A stretch of DNA of 32,000 nucleotides from assembly GCF_000020385.1 (NCBI RefSeq), contig NC_010814.1, positions 3,270,001-3,302,000 of the forward strand, read 5' to 3'. A program made the position numbers and the translations under genes. Source of the DNA: Trichlorobacter lovleyi SZ (GTDB lineage Bacteria; Desulfobacterota; Desulfuromonadia; Geobacterales; Pseudopelobacteraceae). The notes beneath the pieces are model-generated. The model was not told the origin of the DNA. It ran no database searches and saw only the letters and a program-made list of their open reading frames with translations. Shown here piece by piece: positions 25,697-32,000 of this stretch; position 1 is the first letter of the stretch; every line of letters begins with the position of its first letter.

Positions 25697-25761
25697 CCCT
25701 CCCTTCTCAGGGAGGGAGCAAACTGATCCAGCCTTCAAACCTCCCCCCTGACAAGGGGGGA
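25697..25761. repeat. Pair of GC-rich palindromic hairpins (REP-like; may also terminate the regulator transcript)
   Basis: ccctccct/tctc/agggaggg (25697-25716) and tcccccct/gaca/agggggga (25742-25761), both perfect 8-bp stems with 4-nt loops, neither followed by a T-run. Confidence 0.5.
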
Positions 25762-25801
25762 CTGAGGGGGGGTAGCGACGACACCAGATCCCAGCGATCA
25801 C

Positions 25802-25839
25802 TGTAGAATAACCTGCAATCCACTGTAGAATATTCTGCA
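25802..25839. promoter_or_regulatory. Tandem 16-bp palindromic sites: candidate enhancer (UAS) for the adjacent NtrC-type activator
   Basis: TGTAGAATAACCTGCA (25802-25817) and TGTAGAATATTCTGCA (25824-25839). Both have the form TGTAG-N6-CTGCA, start-to-start spacing is 22 bp, and both are preceded by CAC. They lie about 65-100 bp upstream of the sigma-54-like promoter, with an AT-rich stretch in between. Confidence 0.5.
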
Positions 25840-25902
25840 TCCGCTCTCTTTCCACCATCACAAAAATAACAATATTACAGCAATATAGCCATGTTATCGT
25901 CT

Positions 25903-25918
25903 TGGCACGATATCTGAT
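25903..25918 (+). promoter_or_regulatory. Candidate sigma-54 (-24/-12) promoter for cusCBA
   Basis: TGGCACG-ATAT-CTGAT versus the consensus TGGCACG-N4-TTGCW. The -24 element is perfect. The -12 element keeps T and G but has A instead of C. About 45 nt upstream of ATG 25962. Confidence 0.5.
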
Positions 25919-25961
25919 TATAACCTCGTATCAACGCACTACACCATGATGCGAGGTTGCC

Positions 25962-27242
25962 ATGAAAAGCGTGCTCACGATCCTGATAAGTCTCCTGCTG
26001 AGTAGCGGCATTGCCGTCGCTGCAGAACAGGCATTGATCGAACCACTCCCCACCCTGGTCGAGACCGCCCTGGCCAACAACCCTGAACTGAAATCATCCC
26101 GGGCCCGCTGGCAGATGTACGTTGCCAAGGCCCGCCAAAGCTCTTCCTTTGAAGATCCGATGCTGATGTTCAAGCTGCAGAACCTGCTGGTGCGGGAACC
26201 GCTCTCCTTTGGCGGCAAAGATCCCAATACCGCCAAGGTGGTTGGGATCAGCCAGCAGCTGCCGTTCTGGGGCAAGCGCAGCCTGCGGGAAGAGGTTGCC
26301 GGCCATGAGGCCGAGGCCTACCGCTTCAGCATTGAGGAGCGCAAGCTTGAGCTGAGGTGGATGGTCAAGGAGACCTACTACAAGCTGTATGCCGTGGACA
26401 ACAGCCTGGCAATTGTGGCGAAGAACCTGCGGATCATGCAGGACTTCACCACCGTGGCCGAATCGCGCTACGCCGTGGGACAGGGGGCCCAGACCGATAT
26501 CCTCAAGGCCGGCCTGGAACGTTCAAAGCTGCTGGATATGCAGATCAGCCTCCAGCAGCAGCGCAAGGGCCTGGAGGCCGGTCTGAACTACCTCTTGAGC
26601 CGCCCCACGGACACCCCGGTGGGACAGGTGACTGATTTTGAGCTGCCCCGTCTTGCCCTTTCAGCTGCACAGCTCAAGGAGCGGGCAGAGCAGCAGCGCC
26701 CGCAGCTCAGGGTGCTGAACAGCCAGATCAACAAGAGCAGGGCGTCCCACCGGCTGGCCCGCAAGGAACTCTGGCCCGATTTCAATCTCTCCGTTGAATA
26801 TATGTTCCGCCAAGCGGCCATGACAGATCCGGGCTATGACATGTTTACCGTGGGTCTGACCTTCAACCTGCCGATCCAGCGTGAACGCCGGGCCGCCATG
26901 ATCGCCGAGTCAAACTCGGAAGCAACCATGTCCACAGAAGAGATACACAGCCTGAAAAACAACATCGACTACACCATCAACGACAGCCTCTCGCAACTGG
27001 AGCGCCGTCAAAGACTGGTAGAACTGTACCAGGGCGGCATCATCCCACAGGCCGAGCAGACCCTGGAATCGTCCCTGATCAACTACCGGGTCGGCAAGGT
27101 GGATTTTCTGTCCGTGCTGGATAGCCGGGTCAGTCTGTTTAACTACGAACGGGAACTGTACGAGTCCAAGGCCGAGTACATGATGCAGCTGGCCCGGCTG
27201 GAAGCTGCCGTGGGCAGTGATCTGACAGCACAACAAAAGTGA
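25962..27242 (+). CDS. cusC: Outer-membrane efflux factor (TolC/CusC/CzcC family)
   Basis: 426 aa. Signal peptide MKSVLTILISLLLSSGIAVAAEQ. Two-repeat OMF architecture with conserved NPELK, and coiled-coil repeats. Confidence 0.88.
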   Translation: MKSVLTILISLLLSSGIAVAAEQALIEPLPTLVETALANNPELKSSRARWQMYVAKARQSSSFEDPMLMFKLQNLLVREPLSFGGKDPNTAKVVGISQQLPFWGKRSLREEVAGHEAEAYRFSIEERKLELRWMVKETYYKLYAVDNSLAIVAKNLRIMQDFTTVAESRYAVGQGAQTDILKAGLERSKLLDMQISLQQQRKGLEAGLNYLLSRPTDTPVGQVTDFELPRLALSAAQLKERAEQQRPQLRVLNSQINKSRASHRLARKELWPDFNLSVEYMFRQAAMTDPGYDMFTVGLTFNLPIQRERRAAMIAESNSEATMSTEEIHSLKNNIDYTINDSLSQLERRQRLVELYQGGIIPQAEQTLESSLINYRVGKVDFLSVLDSRVSLFNYERELYESKAEYMMQLARLEAAVGSDLTAQQK

Positions 27243-27252
27243 GGGGCGAAAG

Positions 27253-28635
27253 ATGAAACTGAACAAGAAGATCTATATACCGCTGACCATCCTGACTCTT
27301 GCAGTTGTGTTCGTCAGTTGGCTCTACAAGTCAGGCAAGCTTACCAAGGAGGCGGGCTGGTCCAAGAAGGAGACGCTCAACCATCAGGAGCAGACCACCG
27401 GACCGCTATATACCTGCCCGATGCACCCCTTTATCATCCAGGACAAGCCGGGCAGCTGCCCGATCTGCGGCATGGAGCTGGTCAAGAAGCTGAGTGATGC
27501 CCAGAACGCCGTGCAGACCGCGGAACAGCGGCAACAGGCCGAAAAACTGGGCCATATCGCCCTGTCCACCACCCAGCGGGTGATGGCCAATGTGGCGACC
27601 CAGGCAGCTGCCGTCCAGACCATCAGCAAAGAGATCTCAGCTGTTGGCGTGGTGCAGTACGACCAGTCCCGCCAGGCCAAGGTAACCGCCTGGATTGCCG
27701 GACGGATCGACCGGCTGCATGTGGATACGGTGGGGGCCTATGTCGCCAGGAACAGGCCGGTGGCAGAGGTCTATTCGCCTGAACTGCTGGCTTCGCAGCA
27801 GGAATACCTGCTGGCGGTCAAGAGCCGTGAGCAGCTCAAGAACTCGCCGATCCCCTCGATTGCCCAGAACGGCGAGGGACTGGTGGCCTCGGCCCGTCAG
27901 CGCCTGATGCTGTACGGGGTAAAAGAGAGCCAGATCGCCGAGCTGGAACGGGCAGGCAAACCGAACATCCGCCTGCCGATCTACACCCCGCTCTCCGGGG
28001 TGGTGACCGAGAAGCTGGTGCAACAGGGACAGTACGTGAATGTGGGAGATGCCCTGTTCAATATCGCCGATCTTTCCCGGGTCTGGATCGAGGTTGAGGT
28101 CTACGAGAGCGAGTTCCAGAACATCAGGATCGGCCAGACCGTGGAGATCGCCTCCCAGTCCTTTCCGGGCAAGCGCTTCAGCGGCCACGTTGCCTTTATC
28201 TACCCCTTCCTTGACCCCAAGACCCGCACGGTCAGGGCCCGGGTAGAGATGCCCAACCCAGGCCTGCGGCTCAAGCCGGACATGTTTGTGAACGCCGTCA
28301 TCAAGGTGGGCTTGAGCCCGGCCATTGTGGTGCCGGTCAGTGCGGTGATGGATTCCGGCAAGCGCCAGGTGGTCTGGATAGAGACACAAGCGGGTGTGTT
28401 TGAGCCGCGTGAGGTCAAGGTGGGGCAGCGCAGCGACGACCGGATCCAGATCCTGTCCGGCATCAAGGCGGGTGACAAGGTGGCGGTCTCCGGTGCCTAC
28501 CTGATCGATTCGGAATCGCAACTGCGGGGCGGCGTGCCGCAGGACCACAGCCAGCACGGTGCTGGCGGTCAGACCGCACCGGCAGCGGCCAAGAAGAGTG
28601 ATGGGCTGGATATGGATGACATGAAGATGAAATAG
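27253..28635 (+). CDS. cusB: RND efflux periplasmic adaptor (CusB/CzcB family) with an N-terminal Cys-rich heavy-metal-binding motif
   Basis: N-terminal TM anchor, YTCPMHPFIIQDKPGSCPICGMELV motif, then barrel-sandwich hybrid and beta-barrel regions (IYTPLSGVVTEKLVQQGQYVNVGDALFNIADLSRVWIEVEVYE). Met/Asp-rich C-terminal tail. Confidence 0.9.
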   Translation: MKLNKKIYIPLTILTLAVVFVSWLYKSGKLTKEAGWSKKETLNHQEQTTGPLYTCPMHPFIIQDKPGSCPICGMELVKKLSDAQNAVQTAEQRQQAEKLGHIALSTTQRVMANVATQAAAVQTISKEISAVGVVQYDQSRQAKVTAWIAGRIDRLHVDTVGAYVARNRPVAEVYSPELLASQQEYLLAVKSREQLKNSPIPSIAQNGEGLVASARQRLMLYGVKESQIAELERAGKPNIRLPIYTPLSGVVTEKLVQQGQYVNVGDALFNIADLSRVWIEVEVYESEFQNIRIGQTVEIASQSFPGKRFSGHVAFIYPFLDPKTRTVRARVEMPNPGLRLKPDMFVNAVIKVGLSPAIVVPVSAVMDSGKRQVVWIETQAGVFEPREVKVGQRSDDRIQILSGIKAGDKVAVSGAYLIDSESQLRGGVPQDHSQHGAGGQTAPAAAKKSDGLDMDDMKMK

Positions 28636-28648
28636 ACCACACTTGATT

Positions 28649-28769
28649 CAAATTTCCTGGCGAGGATGAAATCAAGGCGGCAAGGAGGAGGCGACGCAGG
28701 CGTACTTGAGCAGTACGTCGAGGAGCCGACGACGAAGCCAACGCAGATAGCGCCTTGCCAGGGAATTTG
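28649..28769 (+). other. Long imperfect inverted repeat / candidate RNA structure in the cusB-cusA spacer
   Basis: caaatttcctggcgagg (28649-28665) can pair with ccttgccagggaatttg (28753-28769) over all 17 positions if two G-U wobbles are allowed. That works only as RNA of the + strand. An inner hairpin is cgtac/ttgagca/gtacg. Confidence 0.4.
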
Positions 28770-28781
28770 CGAGAGACGACC

Positions 28782-31700
28782 ATGATCGAAAAAATCATCG
28801 AATACAGTGCCAGAAATCGGGTTGTTGTGCTGATGCTGTTCGGCCTGATCACCGCCTGGGGCCTCTGGGCGGTCTACAAGACCCCGGTGGATGCCATCCC
28901 GGACCTCTCGGATAACCAGGTGATCGTCTTCACCGATTATCCCGGCCGTTCACCCCAGGTGGTTGAGGACCAGGTCACCTATCCCCTGGCCACCAACCTG
29001 CAGGGACTGCCCCAGGTACGGGCGGTACGGGCCTCATCCGCCTTCGGCTTCTCCATGATCTATGTGATCTTTGAGGACAAGACCGACATCTACTGGGCCC
29101 GCACCAGGGTGCTGGAACGGCTGAACTACGCGGCCTCGCTGCTGCCGGCCGGTGTGGTGCCGACCCTGGGGCCGGACGGCACCGGCGTGGGGCATGTCTT
29201 CTGGTACACCATTGAGGGCAAGGGCTACGATCTGGAGCAGCTGCGCACCCTGCAGGACTGGTTTGTGCGTTACCAGCTCAACACCGTGCCGGGGGTGGCC
29301 GAGGTAGCCTCCATCGGCGGGCTGGTGCGGGAATACCAGATCGACCTGGACCCGACCAAACTGCAGGCCTACAGCATCTCCAGCGCCAAGGTGATGGAGG
29401 CGCTCAAAGGCTCCAACAAGGATGTGGGGGGACGGCTGATCGAGCAGGCCGATGCCGAGTACCTGATCCGTGGCCAGGGCTATGTCAAATCGCTGGCCGA
29501 TCTGGAGAATGTCGTGGTGGGTGTGGATATGCGCGGCACCCCGATCTATGTCAAGAACCTGGGTACGGTGCAGCTGGGCGGCGCCATCCGGCGGGGCATG
29601 CTGGATCTGAACGGCCAGGGCGAAGCGGTGGGCGGCATTGTAGTGATGCGCTACGGCGAGAACGCCAAGGATGTGATCGACCGCGTCAAGGAGAAGATCG
29701 AGGCCCTCAAGAAGGGCCTGCCCCCCGGCGTAACCATCCAGGTGGCCTATGACCGCTCCGACCTGATCGAACGGGCCATCACCACCCTCAAGCATGCCCT
29801 GACCGAGGAATCGATCGTGGTGTCGCTGGTGATCCTGGCCTTCCTGCTGCATTTCCAGAGCTCATTGGTGATCGTGCTGACCCTGCCGATTGCGGTGTTG
29901 ATCTCCTTCATCACCATGAAGCTGATGGGGGTCACCTCCAACATCATGTCCCTGGGCGGGATCGCCATTGCCATCGGCGTGCTGGTGGATGCCGGGGTGA
30001 TCATGGTGGAGAACTGCTACCGCCGCCTGTCCGAGCTGTCCGAAGAGGAGCGCAAGGCGCAGCGCCTGGAGGTGGTTATTGCCAGCGCCAAACAGGTGGG
30101 CCGGGCGATCTTCTTCTCCCTGGCGATCATCGTGCTCTCCTTTGTGCCGGTCTTCCTGCTGGAGGGTCAGGAGGGCAAGCTGTTCCATCCGCTGGCCTTT
30201 ACCAAGACCTTCTCCATGATCGGCTCGGCCTTTATCGCCATCACCCTGGTGCCGGTGCTGATGTACTACTTCATGCGGGGCAAGATGCCGCGGGAGGAGT
30301 CCAACCCGGTTTCCACCTTCTTTATCCGGCTCTATTCGCCGGTGATCCGCTGGGTACTGGTCTGGAAAAAGACCACCATCGCCCTCAACATCGTTGCGCT
30401 GCTGGTGGCGGTGCCGCTCTTCATGCGGCTGGGCAGCGAATTCATGCCGCCCCTGGACGAGGGTTCGCTGCTCTACATGCCGGTGACCCTGCCCAACGTC
30501 TCGATCACCGAGGCCAAGCGGATCATCCAGGTGCAGGACAGCATCATCAAGGGTGTGCCTGAGGTGGAATCGGTGCTGGGCAAGGTGGGACGGGCCGAGA
30601 CCTCCACCGACCCGGCCCCGGTCTCGATGTTCGAGTCGATCATCATCCTGAAGCCCAAGCAGCAGTGGCGCCCCGGCATCAAAAAGGCCGATATCGTGGC
30701 CGAGCTGGACAGCAGGCTGCAGCAGGTGGGGGTCCGTAACGGCTGGACCCAGCCGATCATCAACCGGATCAACATGCTCTCCACCGGGGTGCGGACCGAC
30801 CTGGGGGTCAAGATTTTCGGATCAGACCTGAATGTGCTGCGTGACCTGGCGATCCAGGCCGAGGGGATCCTCAAGCCGGTCAAGGGGGCAGCCGACGTGG
30901 TGGCTGAGCGGGTCACCGGCGGCAACTACCTGGATATCGAGATCGACCGTGAGGCCGCTGCCCGTTACGGGGTCGGGGTGGAAGAGATCCAGAACGTGAT
31001 CAGCACCGCCCTGGGGGGTGAGATGCTGACCACCACCGTGGAAGGGCGTAACCGCTTCCCGGTCCGTCTGCGCTACCTGCGGGACTACCGTGACAACATC
31101 CCGGCCATCCGCCGCATCCTGGTGGCCGGCATGGGAGGCAGTCAGGTACCGCTCTCGCTGGTGACCAGGCTGAAGGTCTCCACCGGTGCACCGGAGATCA
31201 ACAGCGAAGGCGGCCTGCTGCGCTCGATCGTCTTCCTGAACGTGCGGGGCCGCGACATGGGCGGGTTTGTCAACGAGGCCAAGCAGGTGCTGGAGAAACA
31301 GCTCAAGCTGCCCCCCGGCTACTACGTGGCCTGGTCCGGCCAGTGGGAAAACCAGGTGCGGGCCAAGGCGAGGCTGCAACTGCTGGTGCCGCTGGGGATG
31401 GTGATCATCTTCATCCTGCTCTACTTCACCTTCCACTCGGCCCTGGAGGCCAGCATGGTGATGCTCTCGGTGCCGTTCGCCCTGGTGGGCGGGGTCTATC
31501 TGGTGGCAGCCCTGGGGTACAACATGTCGGTGGCGGTCTGGGTCGGCTTCATCGCCCTCTACGGCATTGCCGTGGAGACCGGGGTGGTGATGGTGATCTA
31601 CCTGCACGAGGCCCTGGACAAGCGTCTGGCCAAGGGTCCGGTCACGGAACAGGATATCTATGATGCCACCTTTGAAGGAGCCGTGCTGCGGCTGCGGCCC

Positions 31701-31919
31701 AAGCTGATGACCGTAGCGGTGGCCCTGCTCGGCCTGGTGCCGATCATGTGGTCCAGCGGTACCGGCGCTGACGTGATGAAGCCGATCGCCGCGCCGATGA
31801 TCGGCGGCATGATCTCATCGGCAGTACACGTGCTGATCATGACCCCGGTAATCTTTGTACTGATGAAAAAGCGAGAACTGAAAAAGGGTGCGTTGCACTA
31901 CAGCGGCATGAAGCACTGA
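28782..31919 (+). CDS. cusA: Heavy-metal efflux RND pump, CusA type (monovalent Cu/Ag)
   Basis: 1045 aa from ATG 28782 (MIEKIIEYSARNRVVVL...). 12-TM RND architecture. The segments GSLLYMPVT, DPAPVSMFES and RINMLSTG carry Met at the positions I recall for the E. coli CusA three-methionine Cu(I)/Ag(I) site; CzcA-type pumps differ at these positions. The tracked TTG start at 28755 lies inside the right arm of the inverted repeat. Confidence 0.92.
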   Translation: MIEKIIEYSARNRVVVLMLFGLITAWGLWAVYKTPVDAIPDLSDNQVIVFTDYPGRSPQVVEDQVTYPLATNLQGLPQVRAVRASSAFGFSMIYVIFEDKTDIYWARTRVLERLNYAASLLPAGVVPTLGPDGTGVGHVFWYTIEGKGYDLEQLRTLQDWFVRYQLNTVPGVAEVASIGGLVREYQIDLDPTKLQAYSISSAKVMEALKGSNKDVGGRLIEQADAEYLIRGQGYVKSLADLENVVVGVDMRGTPIYVKNLGTVQLGGAIRRGMLDLNGQGEAVGGIVVMRYGENAKDVIDRVKEKIEALKKGLPPGVTIQVAYDRSDLIERAITTLKHALTEESIVVSLVILAFLLHFQSSLVIVLTLPIAVLISFITMKLMGVTSNIMSLGGIAIAIGVLVDAGVIMVENCYRRLSELSEEERKAQRLEVVIASAKQVGRAIFFSLAIIVLSFVPVFLLEGQEGKLFHPLAFTKTFSMIGSAFIAITLVPVLMYYFMRGKMPREESNPVSTFFIRLYSPVIRWVLVWKKTTIALNIVALLVAVPLFMRLGSEFMPPLDEGSLLYMPVTLPNVSITEAKRIIQVQDSIIKGVPEVESVLGKVGRAETSTDPAPVSMFESIIILKPKQQWRPGIKKADIVAELDSRLQQVGVRNGWTQPIINRINMLSTGVRTDLGVKIFGSDLNVLRDLAIQAEGILKPVKGAADVVAERVTGGNYLDIEIDREAAARYGVGVEEIQNVISTALGGEMLTTTVEGRNRFPVRLRYLRDYRDNIPAIRRILVAGMGGSQVPLSLVTRLKVSTGAPEINSEGGLLRSIVFLNVRGRDMGGFVNEAKQVLEKQLKLPPGYYVAWSGQWENQVRAKARLQLLVPLGMVIIFILLYFTFHSALEASMVMLSVPFALVGGVYLVAALGYNMSVAVWVGFIALYGIAVETGVVMVIYLHEALDKRLAKGPVTEQDIYDATFEGAVLRLRPKLMTVAVALLGLVPIMWSSGTGADVMKPIAAPMIGGMISSAVHVLIMTPVIFVLMKKRELKKGALHYSGMKH

Positions 31920-31963
31920 CTCAAAACCGGCACCAAACCGAACAAAACAAAAGGAGAAACACC

Positions 31964-32000
31964 ATGAAGAAACTGGTACTCACACTTGCAGCAGTCCTGG
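31964..32000 (+). CDS. Start of a secreted/periplasmic protein (partial, runs off the right edge)
   Basis: AGGAGA RBS 7 nt upstream of ATG 31964. MKKLVLTLAAVL is a signal-peptide-like beginning. At this position after cusA a CusF-like metallochaperone would be plausible, but that cannot be judged from 12 codons. Confidence 0.45.
   Translation, partial: MKKLVLTLAAVL

Noticed and set aside
25670-25861. 63-aa minus-strand ORF across the regulator-cusC intergenic region
   Set aside because: It is composed of the translated GC-rich palindromes (…PPCQGGGLKAG…GGQGRVKVKV) and has no RBS. It is an artefact of the hairpin repeats.
28666-28781. Small ORF starting at ATG 28666 (MKSRRQGGGDAGVLEQYVEEPTTK...) in the cusB-cusA spacer
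   Set aside because: There is no properly spaced RBS (GGCGAGG abuts the ATG). It would run out of frame into cusA, and its sequence is low-complexity. The region is better explained as an RNA structure or repeat.
27637-31607. Long antisense ORFs inside cusB and cusA (27637-28557, 29034-29852, 30822-31607, minus strand). The same pattern occurs elsewhere: 7254-8087 in ppk2, 12761-13576 in hypF, 15890-16693 in the ABC gene, 22869-23683 in the kinase.
   Set aside because: Each lies opposite a gene with strong family motifs. All have Gly/His/Gln/Pro/Arg-biased low-complexity translations and no RBS or operon logic.
1-32000. Search for CRISPR arrays, tRNA/rRNA genes, IS elements, integrases, phage or toxin-antitoxin/defence genes
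   Set aside because: I found no spaced direct repeats, no tRNA-like cloverleaf candidates in the short intergenic regions, no transposase- or recombinase-like ORFs, and no terminal inverted repeats flanking a gene block. The window reads as core chromosome.

Overview
This is a GC-rich chromosomal segment whose gene content and style suggest a Desulfuromonadales/Geobacter-type bacterium; that assignment is inference only. I see about 31 protein genes and no rRNA, tRNA, CRISPR array, transposase or integrase.

Gene order, left to right:
- Minus strand: a partial membrane protein, an HD-domain hydrolase and ubiE.
- A diadenylate cyclase (CdaA) fused to a YbbR-like domain, then a LysM/NlpC-P60 peptidoglycan hydrolase.
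- An orphan B12-binding radical-SAM/TPR protein bracketed by terminators.
- A small lipoprotein, a two-domain PPK2, a CheX-like protein and a HAD-IIIA phosphatase.
- A protoglobin fused to a PsiE-like membrane domain, directly downstream of hypB-hypF-hypC-hypD.
- An ABC exporter.
- A run of sulfur-related genes: cysK, yezD-like, a SAM-I riboswitch, two tandem Cys/Met PLP enzymes, a ThiF family E1 with a ThiS-like N-domain, and mnmA.
- A histidine kinase, an unknown membrane protein and a sigma-54 (NtrC-type) response regulator.
- A CusCBA-type heavy-metal RND efflux operon, plus the first codons of a secreted protein.

Nothing resembles a known defence or mobile system. The items most worth a second look:
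1. The E1/ThiS-like gene translationally coupled to a three-Cys MnmA.
2. The kinase / orphan membrane protein / NtrC regulator module, with a tandem palindromic upstream site and a sigma-54-like promoter in front of cusCBA.
3. A 146-nt spacer between cusB and cusA that can fold as RNA.
4. The protoglobin-PsiE fusion sitting where hypE normally follows hypD.
5. The single-polypeptide CdaA-YbbR fusion.

All product calls come from motif recognition by eye. No database search was run.
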